Shown here: positions 15,501 to 30,301 of the stretch, piece after piece
How the letters are laid out: each line of letters opens with the position of its first letter
Numbering within the stretch: the stretch's first letter is position 1
NCBI GenBank assembly: GCA_964016885.1
Contig: OZ024745.1
Coordinates: forward strand, 47,430,001-47,494,000
DNA: 64,000 bases
Reading direction: 5' to 3'
Source of the DNA: Eledone cirrhosa
Taxonomy: Eukaryota
Notes under the pieces: model-generated
Seen by the model: only the letters and a program-made list of their open reading frames with translations
What the model was told of the DNA's origin: nothing
Database searches by the model: none
Translations under genes and position numbers: made by a program

Positions 15501-15738
15501 ATTCTTTGGCACTATGAATTTTTTGTGTGTGTTTTTAATCATACCACCTCTTGATTACTGTGACAATTAATTACATTTTAATGCTTTTTCTGTTAGCTGC
15601 TATGAAGAAGTTCTGCTTTTGAAATTTGTCTGTGATTCCTTGCTTTTTTTCATTTTTTTATTATCTTTATTGTTAGGAAATTCCTTGCATGCTTAATGTG
15701 ATATATTATATGTATGCGTGAATATATATCTGTATATA

Positions 15739-15785
<47 letters not shown>

Positions 15786-16065
15786 AAAGACTTTATTTTC
15801 TTTATCCATCATACATTCCGAACAACTATGTGAACATATAATTAAGAAAAGAACAAACAAATATTGGGTTTTAGATGTATAAAGTTGATTTCAGCAGCTT
15901 TGTGTATGTGGAAATTTTTAATCAAAGGTTGTTTTTAAGCCTAATTCAAATGGTAACAGAAAGTGAAAATATTAGATCATTTCTTGTATATTGTTTTGTT
16001 GAAACAGTCATGTATTTAGTGATATGAATGAATATGTATGATTTGTATGTCTCTCTTATTCCCAT

Positions 16066-16149
<84 letters not shown>

Positions 16150-16661
16150 ATATATATGTATATAACGATTCAGGGAAATGTTGCCTCTGCAAAGCAAAAT
16201 GATAACACATATTAAACAAGGTCAAAATCTCTGATAACTGCCTTAACACTAGAGAGGACTTTTTAACAAGTGTACTCATGTAAATAATTTTATCCTTACA
16301 CATTGGAAGATTCCAATCACACTCAAATAAAACTCAGTACTATATATATTTAATACTCACAATATACGTACATAGGTTAACTAGATTGCCAATGTTAGTA
16401 CTAGTAAATTTTCATCATTTGCATAGCTCTTCAAAAATTCCAAACCTCCTGGAGAAAAAAATCTCCCATATGCCTCTAAACACATATACGAAACACACTC
16501 ATACTATTGGCACCAATATTAGAGCAAGCTCTTAAAAAGAACCCTAAAAACCCTGCAAACACTTTTTCACAAATCTATGGGCCCACATAACATTAACTTA
16601 ATCATACTACAAAGTATTACCACATAAGACTAATTAATATTTACAAACACATAAGCATACA

Positions 16662-16999
16662 TTCATTTTCATTTCATTTTACGTCCGCTTTTCCCTGCTT
16701 GCAAGGGTGGGACAGGAACTGATTCTGGCATGATTTCTACAGCTGGATGCCCTTCCTAACACCAACCTCATTTACAGTGAGTGCTGGGTGCTTTTTTGCC
16801 GTGGCACCTCCACGACCACTTTGCAGTGGAATGATAGGGACCCCAGTCGCTATCATCTCATTTCTACAGCTGAGTAAACTGGAGAAATGTGAAATAAAGT
16901 CTCTTGTTCAAGGAAACAACACATCACGCGGTCTGAGAATTGAACTCACAACCTTTCGATTGCAAGGCCAATGCTCTAACCACTAAGCCATGTGCCTCC
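16662..16999 (-). mobile_element. CORE-type SINE (same family as 4208)
   Basis: Reverse complement of the 4208/53369 copies. Confidence 0.88.
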
Positions 17000-17126
17000 A
17001 ATTACATTCTATAAACCTTCACATTTCTACATTAGGGATATGTAAAAATAGTGTATTTACAAATCTTTAGTATGACATATTGCGATCTAATAAAAAGAAT
17101 ATATCAATGATAAATATATCACTTAA

Positions 17127-17683
17127 CTAGCAGTAGTACCCAGCGTTGCACGGGATAAGGTATTGTGAAATATATAACCGCCTTAGCTAAGCTTAGTATG
17201 ACCACAACCATGGCTGGCAAAGAAGTAAGGGTCTGGTGGTATGTAAGTACGCAACACTGGGGCTTAAAACATGAGGAAGAAGTTGTGTGCACTTACCAAC
17301 TGTTTGGGGAATGAGTGTGAGATTTGTCTTGAGCAAGGGTGACAGAATAATCGGAGGCAGTAGACAGCCAGACATAGACAGATATTATAAGGGCGCGTTC
17401 TGGATGCAGAGCGAATTGTAGGAAGTGACGTAATGCAGACAACCAGACACACAGACAGATATTATAAGGGCGCGACATTATATGTATGTATCTATCTAAA
17501 AAGAGAAAGACTAAGAATTATAGAGAGAGATCGCTAAATCCCCTAATGCAGTCCCTAGGGCAGTGAAAATTTGAAAGTATTACATGTGTAAAGTTTGAAA
17601 ACAGTCGGTTGGGTGCTTCTCTAGTTTTAGGGATTCAAACTCACACACACACAGACAGACATCCTCAGTTTTATATATATAGA
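17127..17683 (-). mobile_element. Non-autonomous Helitron
   Basis: Minus strand begins TC at 17683 and ends CTAG at 17127, inserted between A and T. Subterminal hairpin CCCGTGCAACGCTGGG (17139-17154) lies 8 nt before the CTAG. Internal 30 bp direct repeat at ~17368 and ~17444. Confidence 0.7.
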
Positions 17684-18406
17684 TAACTAATCTTGAACTT
17701 TGATGATTTACACTGCAAACAAAAAGGAAGTGAAACTAATAGTATTTTGAATTGAAATATTTTAGATCTAAATGGATAAAAAAAATTATAGTATAAGCAA
17801 GAGTTGATACTATTGTTAAATATTTAATGTATAGAAAGTTTCAAAAATTATGAATCAAGTTTCACGTTTATAAAATGAAAGCTTTAGACATACATGTCAT
17901 TCATCACAACTCAAATTCGTTTCTTGCTCTTAGATATCTTTCAAGACCAAATTTCAGTGCTAGATAACCATCAAGTTATCTGTTCCAGCTGCACAGAAAT
18001 ACATTATTTTAAAGATATATCTGTACATTCTTTAATTATATATAAGAAAAGTCAACAATGAAAATGATGGTATATTAGTTTTATGCATTGTATAGTAGAA
18101 AAAGAATCATCCAACTCTTGCCAGCAGGGAAATCATATATTAAAAAAAGAAAAGAAAAAAAATGAAAATATATATATATATATATATCAGATAGGGTGTG
18201 GTAAAAACCAGTAGACCATATATATATATAAGAGAGAGAGAGAGAGTCTGTGGTGCTGAGACCGGGGAGATCACTAATTATGGGAGTGTTCAATGCATGG
18301 GAAGATGCAGAGTGGGTATAGAGATAGGTTAAATCCCATCCACAGCGGCGAGCCGAAGCCACTCAGTGCCTCAGTTAGGATTTTACCTACCCCCTCTCTC
18401 TCTCTC

Positions 18407-18454
<48 letters not shown>

Positions 18455-18827
18455 ATGTGTGAAAGAGAGAGAGATGCTTGTAACTAATGTGTGTGGATAT
18501 GTCTATATCTATCCTTGCTACATGATCATGTATACATCTGAATGCATAGTTTGCTTGAATTATCCTTTGTCTTCCTCTATGTTGTACAAAGAATGATTTT
18601 CATATTGTTTGCTTATTGTATATTGATGTCTTGTTATGGTCTGTTGTGAAATTCTTGCTAATATTCTTTTTGACTTAATATTTGTGGATATATATATATT
18701 CTCTGTCACACACATATATATATATATTTACATATATATTATACAAATATATATATATATATATACAAATATATATATATATATATACAAATATATATAT
18801 ATATATACAAATATATATATATATATA

Positions 18828-19565
18828 CAATGTCAACTCTGGATGCCGGTGAGCATATCCAGCTAACCTCAGTCTCCTCTGTGTCACTTTTGGGAGGCTC
18901 CCATACAGCTCTGGGTTTTTCATCCTCAGTGTATACTGATTAAAGTTCAGAGCCATCCTCAGCATTCTTGTGCAGCACCCATCCACCATCTGAGTGAGTT
19001 TCTTGGTTAGTGTCCAAGTCTCAGACACGTACAGCAGAACAGACTCCACTACAGCAATGAAGAGGCCGATTTTCAGGTCTTTACAAAGGTCCGACTTCCA
19101 CACCGATCTCAAGCTGCGGCACGCCGCCCAGGCTTTGCTCTTCTTCTCAACCACATCATCTTCCGTATTCCCAATCTTTGCTCCCAAATACAGGAAGTCC
19201 TCAACCAATTCTAGTGGCTTCCCACCTACATTAGTGATCCCCTCTGGCTTCTCAACATTCTCTACCAGATATTTTGTTTTAGTCTCATTCATTCTCAGCC
19301 CCACACTCATCGACACAGTCTCAACCTCCTGCATCAAATACTCTGCCTCCTTCACTGTATTTGTCACCAAAACTATGTTCTCCTGTAGGAGCCCCTACAT
19401 GGACACACTGGAAGAGAAAGACCAAGGTTAACGTATGTTGATGCCCTAAGGATAGACACTGGTCTGTTGGAGACGCAGGACATGGCAACGATAATGAGGG
19501 ACAGAGACCGCTGGAGAGAACTCATCCATGGATCTCGGGAATTTTACCCGCCCTAGATAGATAGA
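18828..19565. mobile_element. RTE-like LINE 3' fragment with 5' inversion
   Basis: Minus segment 18828-19371 encodes the RT C-terminus (GLRMNETKTKY...VLLYVSETWTL...[16 protein letters not shown]). Plus segment from 19372 continues [24 protein letters not shown]...EFYPP* and ends in (GATA)n. Confidence 0.85.
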
Positions 19566-19670
19566 TATACAAATATATATATATATATATATATACAAAT
19601 ATATATATATATAAAAATATATAGATATATATATATACAACTATATATATATATATATACAAATATATAG

Positions 19671-19732
<62 letters not shown>

Positions 19733-20414
19733 GGAAAAAATGAAACAAAATTTCATTTCTCAATCTTAGTACGGCTGTTACTTAAATATAAGTATGTATA
19801 CGTACATACATATATGTATACAGACATACAGTAGTATGTATATATATATATATATATACATACATGCACACATATATATGTACGTATGGATTCACCGAAC
19901 ATTTATTATAATGCTCGGTGTGTTTGTAAACAAACATCCCGAATTAAGCCGTACAGTGTCTAGCAACCATCGTTGCTCATTTGTTCAACACTGACAAAGG
20001 AACGCTGTACTAGTTTCAAGCTTGTTAGCTATCGTCAGCAACGTATACCGTCCTGCCAGATGGTTGAATGTCTGAAAGTATATACTTTCCTTATGCATAT
20101 TAACGGCTGAGCAGCCTAATTTGCATATCGAGTGAGTTAATCGGCCGGGGTACCGAAAACGATAAATGGAAAAAAATGAAAGGAAATTTCATTTCTAACT
20201 CTTAGTACGGCTGTTACTTAAATATAAGTATGTATACGTACATACATATATGTATACAGACGTACAGTAGTATGTATATATATATACATACATGCACACA
20301 TTTATTATAATGCTCAGTGTGTTTGTAAGCAAACATCCCGAATTAAGCCGTACAGTATTGAACAAATGAGCAACGATGGTTGCTAGACACTGTACGGCTT
20401 AATTCGGGATGTTT
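19733..20414 (-). mobile_element. Non-coding ~436 bp tandem unit carrying a hammerhead (retrozyme or Penelope pLTR-like)
   Basis: 19733-19957 recurs at 20168-20357; 20358-20414 is the reverse complement of ~19932-19990; hammerhead at 20002-20044. Confidence 0.7.
20002..20044 (-). ncRNA. Minimal type I hammerhead ribozyme
   Basis: Minus strand reads acgttg-CTGACGA-t agct aaca agct t-GAAA-ctag-TA-cagcgt: 6 bp stem I, intact core, palindromic stem III, GUA site. Confidence 0.85.
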
Positions 20415-20617
20415 TGCCGTGGCACCTCCACGACCACTTTGCAGTGGAATGATAGGGACCCCAGTCCCTATCATCTCATTTCTACAGCTGAGTAAACTGG
20501 AGCAATGTGAAATAAAGTGCCTTGCTCAAGGAAACAACACATCGCCCGGTCTGAGAATTGAACTCACAACCTTCCGATTGCAAGGCCAATGCTCTAACCA
20601 CTAAGCCATGTGCCTCC
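20412..20617 (-). mobile_element. CORE-type SINE, 3'-truncated
   Basis: Head and body match the other copies; the tail is replaced by the hammerhead-bearing repeat. Confidence 0.85.
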
Positions 20618-20691
20618 ATTTGTGTATATATATATACATATATACAAATATATATATATATATATATTTACAAATATATATATATATATAT

Positions 20692-20728
<37 letters not shown>

Positions 20729-20785
20729 AATATATATATATATACAAATATATATATATATATACAAATATATATATATATATAT

Positions 20786-20822
<37 letters not shown>

Positions 20823-20845
20823 AATATATATATATACAAATATAT

Positions 20846-21068
<223 letters not shown>

Positions 21069-21109
21069 TATATACAAATATATATATATATATATATACA
21101 TATATATAT

Positions 21110-21172
<63 letters not shown>

Positions 21173-21467
21173 TATATACAAATATATATATATAGATATA
21201 TATATACATATATATATACAAATATATATATATAGATATATATATACATATATATATACAAATATATATATATATATATTTCGTTTCTGAATTTGTTTAG
21301 CAAGATTCTTTATCTGAAATCGTGTGTTGAAACCGATATATATATATACAAATATATATATATATATACAAATATATATATATACAAATATATATATATA
21401 TATACAAATATATATATATACAAATATATATATATATATACAAATATATATATATATATATATATAT

Positions 21468-21532
<65 letters not shown>

Positions 21533-21596
21533 AATATATATATATATATACAAATATATATTATATATATATATATATATATACAAATATGTATAT

Positions 21597-21651
<55 letters not shown>

Positions 21652-21670
21652 AATATATATATATATATAT

Positions 21671-21791
<121 letters not shown>

Positions 21792-21854
21792 AATATATAT
21801 ATATATACAAATATATATATATATATATATACAAATATATATATATATATATAT

Positions 21855-21899
<45 letters not shown>

Positions 21900-21964
21900 T
21901 ATATATATATATATATATATATACAAATATATATATATATACAAATATATATATATATATATAT

Positions 21965-22055
<91 letters not shown>

Positions 22056-22186
22056 AATATATATATATATATACAAATATATATATATATATATACAAAT
22101 ATATATATATATATATATACAAATATATATATACAAATATATATATATATATATATATACAAATATATATATATATATATATATAT

Positions 22187-22217
<31 letters not shown>

Positions 22218-22225
<8 letters not shown>

Positions 22226-22405
22226 TAAACAAATAATGAATAAACAATTCCTTATATTAAACAAAAAAAGTTCATTATTTAACGATCGTTTCTAGGATAT
22301 ATATGTGTTAGAATTGGTATGCATATTCAACAGATCTATGTACAAAATTATATATTGAGTTCTTCATACGGATTGGACACTACCGTAAACTCTTGGTAGA
22401 TTTAT

Positions 22406-22410
<5 letters not shown>
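22218..22410. mobile_element. Short inverted remnant of the Penelope family at 38.3-46.6 kb
   Basis: 22218-22353 matches 38461-38596; 22354-22410 matches the terminus at 46588-46643. Confidence 0.85.
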
Positions 22411-22437
<27 letters not shown>

Positions 22438-22504
22438 GTATATATATATATATATATATTTGTATATATATATATATTTGTATATATATATATATATATA
22501 TATA

Positions 22505-22549
<45 letters not shown>

Positions 22550-22612
22550 ATATATATATATATATATATTTGTATATATATATATATATATATTTGTATA
22601 TATATATATATT

Positions 22613-22647
<35 letters not shown>

Positions 22648-22666
22648 ATATATATATATATATATT

Positions 22667-22762
<96 letters not shown>

Positions 22763-22783
22763 TATATATATATATATATATAT

Positions 22784-22860
<77 letters not shown>

Positions 22861-22991
22861 AATATATATATATATATACAAATATATATATATATATATA
22901 CAAATATATATATACAAATATATATACAAATATATATATACAAATATATATATATATATATATATACAAATATATATATATATATATATAT

Positions 22992-23062
<71 letters not shown>

Positions 23063-23221
23063 CAAATATATATATATATATATATACAAATATATATATA
23101 TATATGATGATTTCTAAAGAATGAAACAGTTCTAGTCCTGTAGAATCTCATCTATATTAAAACTTTTATACTCTGCAACCCGGAATAACGTGCAAATATA
23201 TATATATATACAAATATATAT

Positions 23222-23497
23222 ACCCGACCTCCCATGGGTACAAGCTGAAGCATATAGACAATATGCCCCCATACCCTACCACTGCAAAGTGGTCGTTGAG
23301 GTGCCACGGCAAAAAAGCACCCAGCCCATACTGTAAATGAGGTTGGTGTTAGGAAGGGCATCCAGCTGTAGAAATCAAGCCAAAATCAGTTCCTGTATGA
23401 GCAAGACATGGTCAGCTGACCAGACACTGCCCACAACAAAACAACCCGTCTAACCCATGCTAGCATGGAAGAACGAACGTAAAACGGTGATGATGAT
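23222..23497 (+). mobile_element. RTE LINE 3' UTR fragment
   Basis: Closely matches 47494-47817 and ends (GAT)n. Confidence 0.85.
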
Positions 23498-23550
23498 ATA
23501 TACAAATATATATATATATACAAATATATTTGTATATATATATATAAATT

Positions 23551-23585
<35 letters not shown>

Positions 23586-23691
23586 ATATATATATATATA
23601 TATATATTTGTATATATATATGTATATATATATATATATATATATTTGTATATATATATATATATATATACAAATATATATATATATATAT

Positions 23692-23762
<71 letters not shown>

Positions 23763-23795
23763 TATATACAAATATATATATATATATATATATAT

Positions 23796-23838
<43 letters not shown>

Positions 23839-24007
23839 AATTTATATATATACAAATATATATATATATATATACAAATATATATATATATATACAAATA
23901 TATATATATATATATATACAAATATATATATATATATATACAAATATATATATATATATATAAATATATATGTATATATATATATACAAATATATATATA
24001 TATATAT

Positions 24008-24076
<69 letters not shown>

Positions 24077-24081
24077 TATAT

Positions 24082-24112
<31 letters not shown>

Positions 24113-24259
24113 CAAATATATATATATATATATATATATATTCAAATTTATATATATATATACAAATATATATATATATATATACAAATATATATATATA
24201 TATACAAATATATATATATATATATATACAAATATATATATATATATATACAAATATAT

Positions 24260-24296
<37 letters not shown>

Positions 24297-24469
24297 CAAA
24301 TATATATATATATATATATATACAAATATATATATATATACAAATTTATATATACATATATACAAATATTTATATATATATATACAAATATATATATATA
24401 TATATACAAATATATATATATATATACAAATTTATATATATATATATACAAATATATATATATATATAT

Positions 24470-24500
<31 letters not shown>

Positions 24501-24519
24501 CAAATATATATATATATAT

Positions 24520-24556
<37 letters not shown>

Positions 24557-24614
24557 AATATATATATATATATATATACAAATATATATATATATATATA
24601 CACAAATATATATA

Positions 24615-24756
24615 GGTTGACGTATGTTGATGCCCTAAGGTCAGACACTGGTCTGTTGGAGACGCAGGACATGGCAGCGATAATGAGGGACAGAGACCAC
24701 TGGAGAGAACTTGTCCATGGATCTCGGGAATTTTACCCGCCTTAGATAGATAGATA
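24615..24756 (+). mobile_element. RTE-like LINE extreme 3' end
   Basis: Near-identical to 19426-19565 ([18 protein letters not shown]...EFYPP*), (GATA)n tail. Confidence 0.85.
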
Positions 24757-24776
24757 TATATAAATATATATATATT

Positions 24777-25092
24777 GGAGGCACATGGCTTAGTGGTTAG
24801 AGCATTGACCTTGCAATCGAAAGGTTGTGAGTTCATTTCTCAGACCGGGTGATGTGTTGTTTTGTTGAGCAAGACACTTTATTTAACATTGCTCCAGTTT
24901 ACTCAGCTGTAGAAATGAGATGCAAAGTGGTCGTGGAGGTGCCATGGCAAAAAAGCACCCAGCACTCACTGTAAATGAGGTTGGTGTTAGGAAGGGCATC
25001 CAGCTGTAGAAATCAAGCCAGAATCAGTTCCCGTCCCACCCTTGCAAGCAGGGAAATAAGTGGACGTAAAATGAAATGATAATGATGATGAT
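24777..25092 (+). mobile_element. CORE-type SINE
   Basis: Same family as 4208, with a small internal deletion. Confidence 0.88.
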
Positions 25093-27006
25093 ACAAATAT
25101 ATATATATTTAATATAGAAAAGGCTTCTACAGGACTAGAACTGTTTCATTAGGGAGAAATCATCACCATCCTGATAATTTCTCCCGAATTAAACATTTCT
25201 AGTCCTGTAGAAGCCTTTTCTATATTAAATATTTATACTCTGCTTTGTATTGAGTACCTTACTTATTGTGGTTACCCTCGATTGAACCCGGGATAAACTT
25301 ATATATATATGGCTCAATGTTGCAGTACCATGGATGCAAGAAGCACCTCATATGCCACACACCATCTTACTTAATGCTAACTGGAATGTATCCTGTAATA
25401 AAGTACTTCACTACAGAATCAGTGGTGGTGTGACAATATTCAACAAAATAATTAGGGTTGTCAACATAATTAATGACTTACGACCAATTGATCATCAAAT
25501 CATTTAATAATGATATCAAAATTATTGATATATCCCACAAATTAATTATGCTCCTCAACAAAATTAATACAACTAATATCAAACAATTGATAATTGAGTC
25601 AGTCGATAAAAATATTTAAAAATATATACCCAAACCAGCACCAGTTTCACCTGGAACCAAACTGCTAGTAGCAGTTACTTAAGTGTATATTGCAGCAGTT
25701 AATTACATCATCAACACAGAATTGGCTTAGGATCTTCCGTGGGCATTGTCCAGTTAATAACACAGGGAAAAATAAGACATTTTTTCATGTATTCACTGTG
25801 CTGTTATTCACTATCTCTGCTTTTGTGTCTACCACCACATTGAAAGCAATTGGCTGTACCACTATTGTGTAGTCCAATAGAGTCAGGAATTAAGGGAGGT
25901 AATCCCTGTGTATTTAATTTTAGGACTCCATTGGAATTACTTACAGGAGTAAATATATATATACATGTATATATAGTGGGGGGGGGGGGGGAAGTCTGCG
26001 GTGGTGAGACCAGGGAAACCACTAATCATGGGATTACTTAATGCATGGAGTGATGCAGAGTGGGTATAGATATATGCAAAAATCCCAACTAAGGTGCTAA
26101 TCAGTCAAGATTTTATATATATATATATATATCAGAATTTACCAGTTTTAAACTAGTAAGACAATTATTCATCAGAGTACTCAATACTTGGGGTAGTAGA
26201 GTGTAACTTGAATTAGCAGTCAAAACAGCAAGAACTCAGCTGCCAGGCCCCGACTTTCTCTGATATTTATATATATAAATGTACGTATTGTATATTGAAT
26301 AATATATGGGATGTTTATGAAAAACATTTGAAGGCCTTTCACTATGAATTTTTAAGCTTGTGACCATCATCACACATGTAGCCTCAGCAAAAACTTGAAG
26401 AAGTAATCGACAATGCCATCATTTCTCATTTATTAGCACTTATCAAGACCACATATCTTACTGTTTTTGTTGAGGCTAAAGTAAGCAAGAATCTTATAGA
26501 TTTCTGCTTATGTTTATGCGCTGATTAAACTCTTTTGCATACGGAGCAGTAGCTAGTAAGACTTTAATTAAAAAATTGTATTGGCACTTCTACATAGCGG
26601 TATACATATAAATGTACATATTCTATATTGCACAATATATGGGCTGTTTATGAAAAACATTTGAAGGCAATGAATTTATAAGGTTGTGACCATTGTTGCA
26701 CACCCAGCCTCAACAAAAACAGGAAGAAGTAATTGACAATGCCATCCTGTTTTTGCTGAGGCTGTTTAAGCCTGGTCGGCTACTACTCCATATACAAATG
26801 AGGGGATTTATGGGATTATGGAACCAGTTTCTGTCTTGATGTATTTCAGTATAATATTAAAGCGAGCAAGGCCAGTTGAGGTGAAGAGGTTGCGTAGTAT
26901 GGTTGGTATGAGATTAGAATTTGATCTTTGTAGTGGCAGATATCACATGGATCAAGCCTTGGGTGGAATTTAAAGGTGATGCCAACATCGTTTAGGCAGG
27001 CAATAT

Positions 27007-27054
<48 letters not shown>

Positions 27055-27373
27055 TGTAGTATAAGTTAGATAGAAATATCAAAGGGTAAGAGCACTCAGT
27101 CCATAGGATTAGTTAAGTATAATTAGTTACAACAGTAACATACATATACAGATACTTAAGATTTGTCTATTCATAGCTAAATTTGAGATTACCTGGCCTT
27201 GAAGAGCTCTCTGGTATTTTCTACAAATTTTAAAATAATCTGTTGAGGTAGCCATCTTTATATAGCAGGCTGAATAAGTTGGTGTATATAACCCAACCAA
27301 ACTTAAATACGTATATGTCACTGTTGTAACTAATTATGCTTCCATGGGCTGCCTCTGCTTCTTTTGCCACTTG

Positions 27374-27660
27374 CTAATTCACCAAACTGAGTTGCTTTAG
27401 AATGTGATTATCTTCCATTCGGCATATGTAGCCAAACCATCTGTGACAGTTGTTCCAGATCATTGTTTCAACCATAGTTGTCCTTGCATACCATAGAACC
27501 TCTGTATTTGTTCTCTTGTACCACCATCTTAAATTCAGTATCTGGTGCAAAGAGTGCAAAGAGCGTTGATGGAAGGCTTTTAATTTACGTATGTGGGGAG
27601 CAAACATGGGCCACATCTCACTGCCATATATCAGTAATGGGAGAATTATGGCTTTGTCCT
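27374..27660 (-). pseudogene. Decayed RTE-clade RT C-terminal fragment
   Basis: KAIILPLLIYGSEMW...FHQRSL...RWFGYICRMEDNHILKQL. Confidence 0.75.
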
Positions 27661-27952
27661 CTGTGAGTTTGCTTGCAATCAATAGGGTTTTGCAATTCCA
27701 CACTCCTGGAGTTGTCTTCAACCTTTTGTAGCACTCAAAAATCCATAAGCACATCATCATCTCATCTGTGGACACTTGTTTCTGGCAGAGGTTTCCCCTG
27801 CTAGTTTCAAGTGGCATCATGACTGGTTGGTGTAGGATCAGTTGGCTGGAATTTGTAGAAAACTTGGTATTACTTAACTCATCAGAATGTGATCTCTGAC
27901 GTGCACTTGATAGGTTTTGATACCAAATGCTGCACTGCAGAAATAAAAATGG

Positions 27953-28375
27953 GTGCTGCAAAAAACTGAGACACTCTACGTCTCAAGGAAGCATGTGCAG
28001 TGCACACTACATGTGAGTGGAGTTCCACTGAAGTATGTGAAGTTCAAGTATCTTGGAGTCATGTTCATGAGTGATTGCAGGCAGAAGGCAGAATTAAGTG
28101 CAAGAATTGTAAAAGTTGGTGCAGTAATGTTCCAGTTTCAGTATTCAGTAATCAGAAGGGAGGTAGGTGTAAAAGCCAATTCAGTATCGTACCAACCCTT
28201 ACCTATGGTCATGAATCTTGGGTAATGCCTGAGAAAATATGATTTCGAATATAAGCAGCTGAAATGTGGTTCCTCTGAAGGGTCTTTGGAGTAACATTAC
28301 GATAGAGTGCATATCTTGGAGATCAGAGAGTTAGTCCAGGTAGAGCTGCTACTTCTACTTGAGAGATCATGCTAC
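27953..28375 (+). pseudogene. Decayed RTE-clade (Expander/Rex3-like) RT fragment
   Basis: KTETL...FKYLGVMF..., then PTLTYGHESWVM in a shifted frame, with stops. Confidence 0.7.
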
Positions 28376-30261
28376 CGGGCTTAGGAGGAAGTAGAGATAT
28401 ATATGTATGTATATGTGTGTATGCATATATTTATATATATGTATATATATATATTTATATATATGTATATATAAATATATATATGCATGTATGTGTGTGT
28501 GTGTGAATATATATATATATATACAGTTGAAAGTTCTGTAAGCGTTCAATTTTTTTTATCACATTCAGAAATACATTTTAATTATATTGCAAAGAGATTA
28601 AAATAACTTAACATACTGCATTAACTATATACCATTTTCTTCTTTGATTTTGTAAAACCGGAATACACAAAGGAATGGTATTTCAATCAAATATTTTATA
28701 TTTTGCATACAGAATTTGTTAAATAATGCATGTCATTGTTTTTTGGGCTGAATGTCAATCTACTCTGGCTACCATTTTTTGTGCTTCTGTATAAAGTAAT
28801 TCTTTCATATGACATTGAAACGACAGCAAAATTGTAATACCAATATGCATTTTAGTGATTTTAGGCAGGGGTGGGGAATTAATTATTAGAGAAATCATTT
28901 TAAGAGAGTTTAATGAAATAAACAGTCTAGCATTCATAATAATAAATCTTCAAAGCATTAGTCTTGACTTCAATCTTTCAATTCGCCCTCAATTTTGATT
29001 ATTTCCATCTGTATTAATCTTTTATTTTCAACTAATCCCCAAAAGAATAGACCACTCTGAGATTTCTCTTGCACATTCATTGATTTGCTTTAAGAATCAT
29101 TATTAATCTTTCAGATGTTAAGTGTTTTCATTTTTTTGATTTTTTTTTTTTTTAAATATAATGCCATAATTTCAATGGAATAATTCTTAAAAGTAAGAAA
29201 AATTAGAATAAACAAGTCTTGTAATTATATTCATTTGAATTAATTTTATCTGAAATATTTGATAACCATGTATATCACAATTTTTCTTTTTTTATTAAGC
29301 TCTTGTATTGGGATTTACTGTTGTTATTATTATCATTATTATTATTTTCATCGGTATAGACAAACTTATGTTTAAAATATCAAGAATACATGGTGTTTTT
29401 CATTTTCAGGGAAATGTTTAAAATTATATAATGTCTGCTATATGCAATGTATATGAAATACTGTTGAGAAGACAATGTCATTTATCTAGATTGGAATATG
29501 AAAAAAAATGTATCGGTCAGGAATGGTTTTCTGGGTCAACATGTATAGAGATCAACAAAGGTTTTTCTTCAAAGATGATACACTGAAACTGACCTTCCTA
29601 TTGAAAGAGACTGTGGAAAGCAACGAATAATATACTTTTTAAAAAGATATGAAAATAACGAATAGAAATCATGAAATGACATCTTAAGTGACTGAATTAG
29701 GAAATGTGTTGTTTAGTTTCATTATGTAGGCAATTACTATTTTTGTTTTTCAAGTTATCTTAGCAATGAAAATTGTCTCTTGATACAACTTCAACCATTA
29801 ATTTATCCATTGTAGTTATTTTTATCACTATTACCTTTGTATTGTTTTGATTTCCTCTTCTGAAGAAGTTAATAAGAAATAAAGAAGTGATTTATGTAAA
29901 AATGCTAGAGACAATTTATAGTCATGTGAATATGTTTTGAAAATGGGTTATATTCCTGTAAATTATATACTGTTATCATATTATGTTAAAAATATGGCTC
30001 TATAAATGGTTTATGATATGTGTTAAAGATATAATTACACACTTATGAATTTGCTGAAGGCGTGGTAAAACTCTGCAAATTATACATATAATGATCTCTC
30101 TATTATTATTCTTTCAATATCTGAATTTTATGATTATACTGATAGAAATGATATATATTGTATTTTATAAGCCTCTTTGTTCATTTGGATCATTTATTCC
30201 ATGCATTATTTTTTTTTTATTTCCCCTCAGTAATTGTGGTGTCACTTTTTTTTCTTGTTCT

Positions 30262-30301
<40 letters not shown>

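Noticed and set aside
21277-21336. Hammerhead in the 60 bp island inside the microsatellite
   Set aside because: CTGAAAT is not a valid core and no stem I partner is present
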